A stretch of 64,000 nucleotides of DNA from an uncultured Bacilli bacterium. GTDB lineage: Bacteria > Bacillota_I > Bacilli_A > RF39 > UBA660. Both the position numbers and the translations under genes were made by a program. Positions 39,119 to 49,087 of this stretch are shown here, piece after piece. The stretch spans positions 6,805 through 70,804 of the forward strand of contig CAKOIM010000003.1 of the NCBI GenBank assembly GCA_934086815.1, given 5' to 3'. Below the pieces are notes generated by a model that searched no databases, had not been told where the DNA came from, and saw only the letters and a program-made list of their open reading frames with translations. Position 1 is the first letter of the stretch, and each line of letters starts with the position of its first letter.

Positions 39119-40123
39119 TTATTGAAACATTTTTTTAGCAGTTCTAAGCATTTGAGCCGTATAACCATATTCGTTATCATACCAAGCTACAACTTTAACT
39201 AATTGAGTATCATTATCTTCGACAATATTTGTTAATAATCCATCAACTACAGCTCCATACTTTTTACCTAAAACATCGCTAGAAACTATTGGATCCAAAG
39301 TAAATTTAATTGTTTCATTTTGATTATCTTTAAAATAATTATTGATTTCTTCTACACTTGTTTTTCTTGATAATTCTAAAGTTAAATCAACAATTGAACC
39401 ATCCGCAACAGGTACCCTTAAAGCACTTCCATCTAATTTGTTTAATAACTCAGGAATAACTAAACCAATTGCTTTTGCAGCACCTGTACTAGAAGGAACA
39501 ATATTTTCCCCACAAGCTCTTCCACGTCTAGATTTAATTCCTTTTTTATGAGCAATATCAAGTGTTGCTTGATCATTAGTATATGCATGTACCGTAGTCA
39601 TGAAGCCTTTTTTAATACCAATATTTTTATGAATTACATTTAATACTGGCGCCAAACAGTTAGTTGTACAACTAGCCGCACTAACTATAGCATCATCACT
39701 ATTTAAAATATTATCATTAACATTATAAACAACTGTTTTCATATCTCCTTTACCAGGAGCTGATATTAAAACTTTCTTAGCCCCAGCAGTAATATGTTTC
39801 ATAGCATCTTCTTTTGCTGTAAATTTACCAGTACATTCTAAAACTAAGTCGACACCCAATTCACCCCAAGGTAGATTAGCTGGGTCAGTTTCACTATATA
39901 CCCTTATTCTTTTAACTCCAGCTACAACAATTTCATTTCCTTCAGCTTTTATTTCATCTTCATGAAATGAACCATGTACCGTATCATATTTAACTAAATA
40001 GGCTAAATCTTCCGCACTAGTTAAATCATTAATAGCTACTATATCAAAATCTGTTTGTGTAACTATTTGTCTAAACGCTAATCTCCCTATTCTCCCAAAA
40101 CCATTAATTGCTACTTTAATCAT
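39119..40123 (-). CDS. gap: Glyceraldehyde-3-phosphate dehydrogenase
   Basis: INGFGRIGR...ASCTTNCLAP. Confidence 0.95.
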   Translation of the reverse strand: MIKVAINGFGRIGRLAFRQIVTQTDFDIVAINDLTSAEDLAYLVKYDTVHGSFHEDEIKAEGNEIVVAGVKRIRVYSETDPANLPWGELGVDLVLECTGKFTAKEDAMKHITAGAKKVLISAPGKGDMKTVVYNVNDNILNSDDAIVSAASCTTNCLAPVLNVIHKNIGIKKGFMTTVHAYTNDQATLDIAHKKGIKSRRGRACGENIVPSSTGAAKAIGLVIPELLNKLDGSALRVPVADGSIVDLTLELSRKTSVEEINNYFKDNQNETIKFTLDPIVSSDVLGKKYGAVVDGLLTNIVEDNDTQLVKVVAWYDNEYGYTAQMLRTAKKMFQ

Positions 40124-41759
40124 TATATTTTCCTCCTATAAATTCTCTTAATATTGATTCATCACTTACATACTCACTTGGAATAGGAAAGAATTGCTTT
40201 AAAAAACCTAATAATCTTCTTGCTTCTTCATAGTATTTTGAATTAACACTAACAGATAAAAGAAGTGGTTCAACATAAACTTTCAATACTCCAAGTTCAT
40301 ATGGTAACGCCGTATTTATAATTGTTTCTGCTTGATGTATATATGGAAATATGTATTTTTCTTCGCCATTTCTAACATCTTGCCAACTATCAATAGTTTC
40401 TACAACACTATATCCTCTAGTTCTATTATCTCTAACAATTCTTCTTAGTAACCTTAAATCTAATGTTGAAACATAATTATGTCTATCTACCGATAAAGGT
40501 ATAAACGGACTTAAATAAATCTTATACTTATACTTATTTTCGATATTTATACTTAATTCATCGTTTAAAGCATGTAATCCTTCTATTAAGAAAATACTAT
40601 TTTCTTTTATCTTTATCTTTTCTTTTGATTCTTCACTTTTACCAGTTAAGAAATTATATCTTGGTAAACTTATTTCTTCACCTTTTAATAAATTAGATAA
40701 ATCTTCATTAAATCTTTCAGCATTTAATGCTTTTACACTTTCAAAATCAGGTTTACCATTTTCATCCAACGGAGTAATATCTTTATCTAAAAAATAATCA
40801 TCTAAACTAATATTAATGGCATCATAGCCTATTGCTTCAAAACAAGATGATAATCTTTTTGTCGTAGTTGTCTTTCCGCTTGATGAAGGCCCTGCTATCA
40901 TAACAAACTTAATATCTTTTTTATCCACAATATCATTTATTACTTTAGTAATATTTAAATAAAACTTTAACTCACTAGAATTAATAAATTTCTTTATTTT
41001 ACCATTACTAACAGTTTTATTTAATTGTGTAACATATGGCATATGTAAATTATTTAACCATTTTTTTCCTTCGTAAAAACTATCTATAATATTATCATAA
41101 TGAACATATTCAGGTACTACACCATCACTTTTAACTGTTGGAAACAAAAATATAATATTATTTTTACCTAAATAAACTAATTCAAATTTATCAAGTAAAG
41201 ATGTATTATATGGCATCAAAGAATAAAAATAATTTACTTTATTTCTTAATCTATATAAATTTACTACCTTATCATTTATATTTTGGATATTATCTGCTTT
41301 TTCATACTCTTTTTTTTCTTCATAAAAAGTAATAGCTTCTTTTGGCAAAATATTTAATTTTGTAATAATATCTTTGGCTTCAATAATTTCCACCATTTTA
41401 TTTTTAATTTTTGATATATCTTCATTATTTAATATTTTATCTCCGCATACTTTACCTAGCATTCCACGAGGAACACTATGTTCATAATGGACATCTAATG
41501 CTGGATATACCTCTTGTAATGCTACTTGAAACAAAAATTTTATACCAGCTTTATATATTTTGTTACCAATTATATCATTTGTATTTATAAATTCAATTTC
41601 TTGATTAGCATTAACTTTTTCATCTAAGCCATAAACTTCATTATTAACTTTAAAACCCATAATATTTGACATATTACAATCCTTACTTACTTCATAAAAT
41701 GTAATTCCTTTTTTATATTCATGAGTTTTACCATCAAAAGTTATTAACACATTATTCAT
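40116..41759 (-). CDS. PRK/uridine-kinase-family nucleoside kinase with N-terminal TGS-like domain
   Basis: Walker A IAGPSSSGKTTTTKRL in the C-terminal half; N-terminal ThrRS/TGS-like domain. Confidence 0.6.
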   Translation of the reverse strand: MNNVLITFDGKTHEYKKGITFYEVSKDCNMSNIMGFKVNNEVYGLDEKVNANQEIEFINTNDIIGNKIYKAGIKFLFQVALQEVYPALDVHYEHSVPRGMLGKVCGDKILNNEDISKIKNKMVEIIEAKDIITKLNILPKEAITFYEEKKEYEKADNIQNINDKVVNLYRLRNKVNYFYSLMPYNTSLLDKFELVYLGKNNIIFLFPTVKSDGVVPEYVHYDNIIDSFYEGKKWLNNLHMPYVTQLNKTVSNGKIKKFINSSELKFYLNITKVINDIVDKKDIKFVMIAGPSSSGKTTTTKRLSSCFEAIGYDAINISLDDYFLDKDITPLDENGKPDFESVKALNAERFNEDLSNLLKGEEISLPRYNFLTGKSEESKEKIKIKENSIFLIEGLHALNDELSINIENKYKYKIYLSPFIPLSVDRHNYVSTLDLRLLRRIVRDNRTRGYSVVETIDSWQDVRNGEEKYIFPYIHQAETIINTALPYELGVLKVYVEPLLLSVSVNSKYYEEARRLLGFLKQFFPIPSEYVSDESILREFIGGKYND

Positions 41760-41858
41760 CTTTATCCCTTCTTTATTCTAATTAATTATATCAATTATTT
41801 ACAATTTTGTGAATAAATTTATCATTATTTTACTATTATTTAGTTAAGGAGACAATTT

Positions 41859-42437
41859 ATGAACATAATACCAACTATATTAGAAAAGAAAAACAATAAG
41901 GAATATGCTTTTGATTTATATTCACGTATGCTACAAGATAGAATCATCTTTTTAGAAGGAGAAATAAACGATGCAACATCTGTTATTATAGTAAGTGAAC
42001 TATTATATTTAGATAACATTAATAATGATGATATTTACGTATATATTAATAGTCCCGGTGGTTCTATTACATCGGGTATGGCTATATATGATACAATGAA
42101 ATTTATAAAAAGCAATGTTATTACAATTGGACTAGGAATGTGCGCAAGTATGGCAGCATTTTTACTTTCTAGTGGAGATAAGCGTTATGCTCTTAGTAAC
42201 ACTGAGGTAATGATTCATCAACCTCTCGGAGGTTTTCAAGGACAAGCAACAGATATTAAAATAGCCGCGGAAAGAATTATTAAACTAAAAGAAAAGCTAA
42301 ATAATATTTTAGCTCAAAATACAAAACAAAAGTTAACAAAAATATATGAAGATACAGAAAGAGATAATTACCTAGATGCTAATGAAGCTAAAGAATATGG
42401 ATTGATAGATGAAGTAATAACAAAAAATAACTTTTAA
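41859..42437 (+). CDS. clpP: ATP-dependent Clp protease proteolytic subunit
   Basis: [11 protein letters not shown] (active-site Ser), HQP (His); AAGGAG RBS. Confidence 0.9.
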   Translation: MNIIPTILEKKNNKEYAFDLYSRMLQDRIIFLEGEINDATSVIIVSELLYLDNINNDDIYVYINSPGGSITSGMAIYDTMKFIKSNVITIGLGMCASMAAFLLSSGDKRYALSNTEVMIHQPLGGFQGQATDIKIAAERIIKLKEKLNNILAQNTKQKLTKIYEDTERDNYLDANEAKEYGLIDEVITKNNF

Positions 42438-42718
42438 TCTATTCTTATAATTACTTCACCATCCGCAGAATACATATATTTTTCTTTAGCATATCTAGCT
42501 ATATAATCATTATCTTGCAATTTAGTAACTTCACTTAATAATTTCTCTTCTTCACTTAATAAATTATTATAATTTTCATTCAATTCTGTTATTTTACTTT
42601 TATTTTCTAAAATTTTTGTCCAATCATTAGCAACAGAACTAATTAGTGAAACAATTAAAAAGATAATACAAGCACTTATAAAAAACAATCTTTTCTTCTC
42701 TTTCTTTGTTTTCTTCAT
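42434..42718 (-). CDS. divIC: Septum formation initiator (FtsB/DivIC-like)
   Basis: TM helix plus coiled coil; position after yabP-yabQ. Confidence 0.65.
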   Translation of the reverse strand: MKKTKKEKKRLFFISACIIFLIVSLISSVANDWTKILENKSKITELNENYNNLLSEEEKLLSEVTKLQDNDYIARYAKEKYMYSADGEVIIRID

Positions 42719-42754
42719 ATATCCATCCCCATTTTATTTAATTATAACAAATAT

Positions 42755-43063
42755 CTAGGATTTATGTTTCCTAGATATTATTTTATTTACAATATATTTA
42801 CATTTTTTAGCATATTTATATCCAAACCAAAAACCTAATACTACTAAAACTATATAATAGGCATGTATTTGTCCTTGATTTATATGATACATTAGATAAA
42901 TATAAATAAATACGATATCTAAAATAAATATTAAATTAATAATAAATTGTTTAAGTATACTTTTATCAAGTAATAAAGTCTTGTTAAAAGATGAAAAACA
43001 ATAAAAAATTATTCCATAAAGTAAAGATACTAACAGGGATATGACTTGAATATAACTACTCAT
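42755..43063 (-). CDS. yabQ: Spore cortex biosynthesis membrane protein YabQ-like
   Basis: Small three-TM protein between yabP and divIC. Confidence 0.5.
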   Translation of the reverse strand: MSSYIQVISLLVSLLYGIIFYCFSSFNKTLLLDKSILKQFIINLIFILDIVFIYIYLMYHINQGQIHAYYIVLVVLGFWFGYKYAKKCKYIVNKIISRKHKS

Positions 43064-43338
43064 TTAAATAACTTATTAAGTAAACTATCTTCTTTTACTT
43101 TAGTTTTCCCCTCAATATACATAAAAGAATTTATCTTTCCCTTAATTTTGACATTACCATCCGTAGTATCAAGTTTTAATAATTCTAAATTGTTTCCCAA
43201 TATTCTTAAATTTCCCATATTAGTTTCTAATAAAAATTCTTCATCATCAAAACTTACTATTTTACTTACTCCGGTTAAACTTATACTAGCTCTATCAACT
43301 ATTTTTATTTCTTGATTTCCAAATGTTTTAATATCCAT
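43060..43338 (-). CDS. yabP: Sporulation protein YabP
   Basis: LTGVSKIVSFDDEEFLLETNMGNLRILGNNLELLKLD... YabP family pattern. Confidence 0.7.
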   Translation of the reverse strand: MDIKTFGNQEIKIVDRASISLTGVSKIVSFDDEEFLLETNMGNLRILGNNLELLKLDTTDGNVKIKGKINSFMYIEGKTKVKEDSLLNKLFK

Positions 43339-43380
43339 ATAATCACCATTAAATTATATGAAAAAAGTAGATAATTAATA

Positions 43381-43884
43381 CTATCTACTTGACGCTTCTC
43401 TTTTTAAATTATAACCATATAACTCTACTAAAGGATCTTCCGGAGCTAAATCATTAATTCTTTCATCTAATTCTTGTATTTTTTTAAAGTAATTATCAAC
43501 ATCTCTAATTGTATAATGTTTATTTATATAATTATCTAAAGTTTCTTGTACTTTATCCTCACCAGTCCAAGGTAACACTACATCCCCTTCTTGTAAAAAT
43601 CCATATTCTTGTGTTTGAGGAAAGTAAACAATACCTGTTGCCATAGCCGAATTATATCTTCTAATAAACCTATCTTTATCATCGATATTAAGCATTTTTA
43701 CATTTTCTTCTTTATCCAAAACATCTTCTAAAGCAAAATTCCATCCTACATAAACTTCTTTTTTAGTAATCGGAAGTTTAGAACGGTCAATAATATAAGC
43801 CCCAGTATATACTTTTTCTCCTTTAGCATTATAATTTTCTATGTATCTTATTAATATATCTAACATTTTATCTCTCCTTTTCAA
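43381..43884 (-). CDS. Hypothetical protein (167 aa)
   Basis: ORF only. Confidence 0.4.
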   Translation of the reverse strand: MKRRDKMLDILIRYIENYNAKGEKVYTGAYIIDRSKLPITKKEVYVGWNFALEDVLDKEENVKMLNIDDKDRFIRRYNSAMATGIVYFPQTQEYGFLQEGDVVLPWTGEDKVQETLDNYINKHYTIRDVDNYFKKIQELDERINDLAPEDPLVELYGYNLKREASSR

Positions 43885-43951
43885 GCAACGAAATTAATAA
43901 TATCACACTTAATAAGCGTATGTCAAGAATAAAATTTTAGACCCCTTTTTA

Positions 43952-44212
43952 TTATTTTATTTCTTCATTATATTGATTTAAAATATAATTTTCTATTTTT
44001 TCCCGTGTTTCCTTATTTAAAGGAAACACAATGTTTTCTTCTTTTCCTTCTTTATTAAGTTTACTTGGCATTGCCACGAATAACCTTTTATTTCCTTCGA
44101 TTATTTTAGCTCCTCTTATTATAAAACAATCATCTATAATAAAGTCTACAAAAGCCTTTAATCTTGCCCCTTCTTTTTCTCTATGAAATATTTTTGTTTG
44201 TGTTATTTCCAT
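43952..44212 (-). CDS. spoVG: Septation protein SpoVG
   Basis: ...LFVAMPSK... SpoVG signature. Confidence 0.85.
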   Translation of the reverse strand: MEITQTKIFHREKEGARLKAFVDFIIDDCFIIRGAKIIEGNKRLFVAMPSKLNKEGKEENIVFPLNKETREKIENYILNQYNEEIK

Positions 44213-44266
44213 AAGTCCTCCTATAAATTTATTTTAAAACATATACACATTATTTGCAATAATTTA

Positions 44267-44479
44267 TTATAAATATTTTATTTTTACATCCCCAATTATT
44301 AAATCACGATAAGAAAAACTTTTTTCTTCACCATTTACTAGTACGGTAAAAATATTTGGATAAGTCTTATATAAAATACCTTCTACTCTACTAACTTTAT
44401 TACGCATTCCGTAAACAGAAACTAAAACTTTTCTATTTAACTTTTTTTCTATTTCTTCTCTAACTATATTAATATTCAA
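44267..44479 (-). CDS. veg: Veg-like biofilm/sporulation small protein
   Basis: 70 aa; ...ILYKTYPNIFTVLVNGEEKSFSYRDLI similar to Veg. Confidence 0.65.
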   Translation of the reverse strand: MNINIVREEIEKKLNRKVLVSVYGMRNKVSRVEGILYKTYPNIFTVLVNGEEKSFSYRDLIIGDVKIKYL

Positions 44480-44491
44480 AAATATCCCTCC

Positions 44492-45283
44492 TTACCTTGG
44501 ATAACCTACATACATTAAACCATTACAAATAATACCACCCATACCATCTTCTTTATATTTTGTTTTATTTAGTAATTCCCTTAAATCTATTTCTTTATTT
44601 CTTTCTGTTAAAGAAATAGTACTTGCTATAATCGCTGGATCTAGGGCATGAATATTAACTCTTTTCGGACTTGAAGCAAAATTTGCTCCGGCCTTAATAA
44701 GTTCTTCATAATCACTTTGACAAGCTCCGGCTATAATAACTAACTTCTCGTGACTCTTCTCGTAATTACGTGCTACTTTTACTGCTTTTACAAAAAAACC
44801 AGAATTTTTATAGTTCTTTATATCATTTACATTCCCCTTTTTCTTATAATAAGCATCATGACCAGTAATAATAACTATATCTGGTTTATATTCCTTAAGA
44901 AGTAAGGGCAATTGTTCATAAATATTTCTTTCATTTATTTTTTTTCCAATTGCAAAAATACCATTTCTTTTATAAAATTTTAAACACCTCGTTAAATATT
45001 CCTCATCTGCATCTATATGTAAAATCTTTGCAGGTAAATAAAAATATTCCCCTCGAGTTAATAACTCTTCTTTTATTTCAATATCATCTAATTCATCCTC
45101 TGTAAATATGTCTTTTTCTATTCTTAAGTCTGTAATATCAGCATCCGCTACTAATCTTACATCAACACCTTTTAAATAAACAACATTATTCTTTATGTTA
45201 ATAACTTTAAAAACAGTATCATTATCATAACTATTTCTAGTTACATAATCTCCTTTACTTATTTCCAAAATATACATCACCAC
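44492..45283 (-). CDS. yabG: Sporulation peptidase YabG
   Basis: Position between veg and ksgA; family-typical length and motifs. Confidence 0.65.
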   Translation of the reverse strand: MVMYILEISKGDYVTRNSYDNDTVFKVINIKNNVVYLKGVDVRLVADADITDLRIEKDIFTEDELDDIEIKEELLTRGEYFYLPAKILHIDADEEYLTRCLKFYKRNGIFAIGKKINERNIYEQLPLLLKEYKPDIVIITGHDAYYKKKGNVNDIKNYKNSGFFVKAVKVARNYEKSHEKLVIIAGACQSDYEELIKAGANFASSPKRVNIHALDPAIIASTISLTERNKEIDLRELLNKTKYKEDGMGGIICNGLMYVGYPR

Positions 45284-45326
45284 TTAACTATATGCTTATT
45301 AAAATGAAATATACAAAAAAACATCA

Positions 45327-46112
45327 TTAACTGATGCTTTTAAAAATATCTAAAATTACTTGTTCCTCTAATTCTTCGGCTCTACATGATTCACTTATAT
45401 TATATTTTACTAATACTTTTATTATCTTATCCCAATTATATATATTACTAACATTATTTTTTAAAGTTTTCCTTTTTTGTCTAAATATTATTTTTAAAAA
45501 ATCAAAGTATTTATCAACATCTATTTTTTCTTTATTTTCCTTAGGTATAAAAGATATTACTGCACTTTCTACTTTAGGAACTGGATTAAAAGAATACTTA
45601 GAAACATCACATACTTTGAAAGTGTCAAAAAAATACTTTAAAACTAATGTAATATACCCATAATCTTTACTTTTCGGTTTAGCCATAAATCTATCCGCGA
45701 CTTCCTTTTGAACCATTATCGTAAATTTTTTAAATACTAAATTTTGTTTTATAATATGCTCAATAATCGGCGTAGTAATATAATACGGTAAATTACCAAC
45801 AATATACAAATCACTATAATTTATATTATTAATATCTTCCTTAATATTAGTTGTTAAAATATCTTTAAATATTACTTTAACTTTTTCGTTTTCTAGTTTT
45901 TCTAATGTTCTTACTAAATCTGTATCTATTTCATAAGCAATAATATAACTATCCTTCTTTTTTAATTCTTTTGTTAAAGCCCCTTTTCCCGGCCCTATTT
46001 CAATTATTAAATCACTAGAAGAAGAAGATACCTCATCAGTTATCTTCTTTATTATATTATTATCTATTAAAAAGTTTTGACCATATCTTTTTTTAGCTTT
46101 CATTATGCCCAA
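45327..46112 (-). CDS. rsmA: 16S rRNA (adenine1518/1519-N6)-dimethyltransferase
   Basis: YGQNFLID..., IIEIGPGKGALT. Confidence 0.9.
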   Translation of the reverse strand: MGIMKAKKRYGQNFLIDNNIIKKITDEVSSSSSDLIIEIGPGKGALTKELKKKDSYIIAYEIDTDLVRTLEKLENEKVKVIFKDILTTNIKEDINNINYSDLYIVGNLPYYITTPIIEHIIKQNLVFKKFTIMVQKEVADRFMAKPKSKDYGYITLVLKYFFDTFKVCDVSKYSFNPVPKVESAVISFIPKENKEKIDVDKYFDFLKIIFRQKRKTLKNNVSNIYNWDKIIKVLVKYNISESCRAEELEEQVILDIFKSIS

Positions 46113-46630
46113 CCATTTCTTAAAACATCGTATGTAATGGAACTACGCCCAATATAATCAGATGCATATTTTTCTGATGATGATAAAAAGTCTATTGCAT
46201 TTCCTTTTACACCACGATCAAGCACTATAGCTAATATTTTACCTTCACCAATACGATTGCTATAAAAACTAATTATAGAACCACAAGCTAAATTTTTACT
46301 AGAAGCTACTATATAAACAGTTCCATATTCTATATCATTATATGTATTAGTACCATTCATTACATTGTATGTTGGTAAACAAGCAAGCTTTCCACTACAT
46401 AATGGACAATTAGCTGCATAACCAGTTAAATCACCTGTATATGTATCAACAGCATTAAACTTCATTGCTTGTTCAACTTCAATAACTTTCATAGCCATTG
46501 TTGATAAATTTATTGTTTTATTAACATTATCATTTTCTACCGCAGCACTTCTTATATCAGTACTACTTTTAGCAATTATTACAACAAATATAATTACTGC
46601 TAATCTAATAAAATAATTTATTACTTTCAT
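46103..46630 (-). CDS. 3D-domain (RlpA/MltA-like double-psi beta-barrel) cell-wall protein, YabE-like position
   Basis: Signal peptide plus C-terminal 3D-like domain. Confidence 0.5.
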   Translation of the reverse strand: MKVINYFIRLAVIIFVVIIAKSSTDIRSAAVENDNVNKTINLSTMAMKVIEVEQAMKFNAVDTYTGDLTGYAANCPLCSGKLACLPTYNVMNGTNTYNDIEYGTVYIVASSKNLACGSIISFYSNRIGEGKILAIVLDRGVKGNAIDFLSSSEKYASDYIGRSSITYDVLRNGWA

Positions 46631-46700
46631 AACTTAATATCCACCTCACTGGATGACTAAATTATAGCATTTATAAGTAGGAAAATCAATTGCCAATAAC

Positions 46701-47987
46701 TTACATTGCAATTATGTAAGGAAGTGTTTTAGACCCATTACCAGTTTGTAACAAAATACTATTATCAAGGTAAAAACTAGGTCTTATTGCATTCTTTAAA
46801 TAATTAACTCTATTACTATAAATATTTCCTTCGTTATCAGCATGAAAAACAAGATTATTGTTATCAGTTCGTGGAGTTATCATCCATTCCCACAATCCCA
46901 TATATATCCAATTTACATTTTTGACACTAGATAAACGGTAATCATTACCACTATTTGCAAAAAGAGGAATTGTCCAAGCAGTCGAAGTGGCAGCATAAGC
47001 ATAGTCGCTTAAATACATTAAACCAATTTTAGAATCATAAGTTAAACTCACTGAAGGAGATATTAATTCATTTTGATAAGCAATATTTGCTACTACTGTA
47101 CCAATATTTGTCCATGAATTTCCTCCGACTTTCCACGAGTGTGTCGTTATTTTATTTTCCCATTTACTTCCAAGTTTATTTAAATAATATGTATTTAAAT
47201 TTATTTTATTAAGTTTGCTTTCACTCCACACATTTATACCAGTGTCATTATTCCAATAATATGCTCCAATTTGTGAAGATAAATTTACCCCTTTTGTAGT
47301 ACCTTTATTACCTGTATTTGAATAGACCGAAGCATACTCACCATTTGTACCTAAAAAATCAGATTTTACATAATCATATTTTATTAGTTTCACTTGATTA
47401 TCAAATACACCAATTATTCTATATAAATAATCATTTGGACAACTTCCATCCGAAGAATCGTATCCAAAACATACAAAATTATTTGTAATGTCACTTGAAC
47501 CAGCATAACGATAAGAATTATCATTTGCTCCATTTTCTAATGTATTATCATGATAATATAAGTTATTTTCTCCTTGAGTACCAGTATATAATGATTTTAT
47601 GTAATTTGCTAATTTTTCTTGGTCTTTATCAAAATAAACATAACATTTATCAGAAACATTTCCATTCATAATAACTGTTTTTTTATTTTCATCCCAACTC
47701 AAACTACTTCCATGTTCACATTCTGATAAATTTGAATTAAAAGAATAACCCTCTGACGGCCATCTCTCATTTTTAGATTTTTCGTATATACCTGTATTAT
47801 ATTTTGTTTCTAGCATCATGGATAACGATTCAGAACTATGATACTTTTTTTCAGTTGAATTTTTATATACCTTATTATTGTAATTATTTAAATAAATAGA
47901 AAAAATAAAAGCAAGTAAAAAAAATGCTATCACAATTAAAAGTTTATTCTTTATTTTCATACATTTCACCTTATCTTTTATATTCAA
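46701..47987 (-). CDS. Large secreted/anchored protein of unknown function, paralog B
   Basis: Shares all conserved blocks with 37284..38588. Confidence 0.7.
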   Translation of the reverse strand: MNIKDKVKCMKIKNKLLIVIAFFLLAFIFSIYLNNYNNKVYKNSTEKKYHSSESLSMMLETKYNTGIYEKSKNERWPSEGYSFNSNLSECEHGSSLSWDENKKTVIMNGNVSDKCYVYFDKDQEKLANYIKSLYTGTQGENNLYYHDNTLENGANDNSYRYAGSSDITNNFVCFGYDSSDGSCPNDYLYRIIGVFDNQVKLIKYDYVKSDFLGTNGEYASVYSNTGNKGTTKGVNLSSQIGAYYWNNDTGINVWSESKLNKINLNTYYLNKLGSKWENKITTHSWKVGGNSWTNIGTVVANIAYQNELISPSVSLTYDSKIGLMYLSDYAYAATSTAWTIPLFANSGNDYRLSSVKNVNWIYMGLWEWMITPRTDNNNLVFHADNEGNIYSNRVNYLKNAIRPSFYLDNSILLQTGNGSKTLPYIIAM

Positions 47988-48053
47988 AATATAACATTAA
48001 GCAAATCAAAAGTCAACGGATATCCGTAATAAAGAATTTTTATTTACGCTAAA

Positions 48054-48311
48054 ATGAATTTAAAAGAGGTGCGAATGATGAAACTTAATGAAGCTACAAG
48101 TCAACGAATTATAGAACTTTGCAACAAATCACCATATACATTAACAAAACTTGCAGAATTATCTTATATACCAGCTTCTACATTTAGCGATTTATTAAAC
48201 AATAAAAGGGAAAATCCTAGTTCATTAATTATTTATAAAATATGTAGAACTCTAGATATTGAATTAAAAGATTTTTATAACTCTAACTTATTTAAAAATT
48301 TAGACGATTAA
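48054..48311 (+). CDS. XRE-family HTH regulator divergent from paralog B (probable start at ATGATG 48075/48078 after GAGGTG)
   Basis: LTKLAELSYIPASTFSDLLNNKR HTH. Confidence 0.7.
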   Translation: MNLKEVRMMKLNEATSQRIIELCNKSPYTLTKLAELSYIPASTFSDLLNNKRENPSSLIIYKICRTLDIELKDFYNSNLFKNLDD

Positions 48312-48313
48312 AA

Positions 48314-48346
48314 ATGACCATTGAATTAATCAATGATCATTTTTTT
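48314..48346 (+). terminator. Rho-independent terminator after the XRE gene
   Basis: ATGACCATTGA-ATTAA-TCAATGATCAT followed by TTTTTT. Confidence 0.55.
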
Positions 48347-49087
48347 ATACATTTTTTTAACATTATTATTTGTAATTTTAGCAACATCTTCTAAAGAAAC
48401 ATTAAATAAATGAGCTAAATACAAAGCTATATCAAATATATGTTCCGGACCATTAGTTTTTCCACGATATGGCTCCGGTGTTAAATACGGACTATCTGTT
48501 TCTAGGACTATATTTTCTAAACCTACTTCTTTAATAATATTTTTTAATTTAGAATTTTTAAATGTCACAACACCATTAATTCCTAATAAATAACCCATTT
48601 TTATATATATTCTAGCAGTTTCTAAACTACCTGAAAAAGAATGAATTACCCCTTTAACACTATAATCTTTTAATACATTAATAGTATCTTCGGTAGCTTC
48701 TCTACTATGAATTATGACTGGTAAATCATACTCTTCGGCAATCTTTAATTGATTTCTTAATAATTCAATTTGTTTTTCTTTATTATCTTTAGTGTAGTGA
48801 TAATCTAAACCTATTTCACCAATGGCCACTATTTTTTGATGATTCAAATTACTTCTAATAAAATCTATTTCTTTAGAACTATATTTTTCTACTTCTTCCG
48901 GATGTATGCCTAAAGCTCCATACATAGAATCATAATTATCTATTAATTTTAATACTTCTTTATTACTTTCATAATCACTACCATTATTAATATAATACGT
49001 TACTAAATTAAATTTTGCACGTTTTATAACTTTATCAATATCATTATAGTAACTTGAAAATATGTGACAGTGAGTATCAACAAACAT
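48326..49087 (-). CDS. tatD: TatD-family metal-dependent DNase/hydrolase
   Basis: MFVDTHCH... Confidence 0.85.
   Translation of the reverse strand: MFVDTHCHIFSSYYNDIDKVIKRAKFNLVTYYINNGSDYESNKEVLKLIDNYDSMYGALGIHPEEVEKYSSKEIDFIRSNLNHQKIVAIGEIGLDYHYTKDNKEKQIELLRNQLKIAEEYDLPVIIHSREATEDTINVLKDYSVKGVIHSFSGSLETARIYIKMGYLLGINGVVTFKNSKLKNIIKEVGLENIVLETDSPYLTPEPYRGKTNGPEHIFDIALYLAHLFNVSLEDVAKITNNNVKKMYKKMIID

Noticed and set aside
41760-41858. Looked for a CtsR operator (GGTCAAA direct repeat) upstream of clpP
   Set aside because: No GGTCAAA heptad pair present; only a plain RBS or promoter context.
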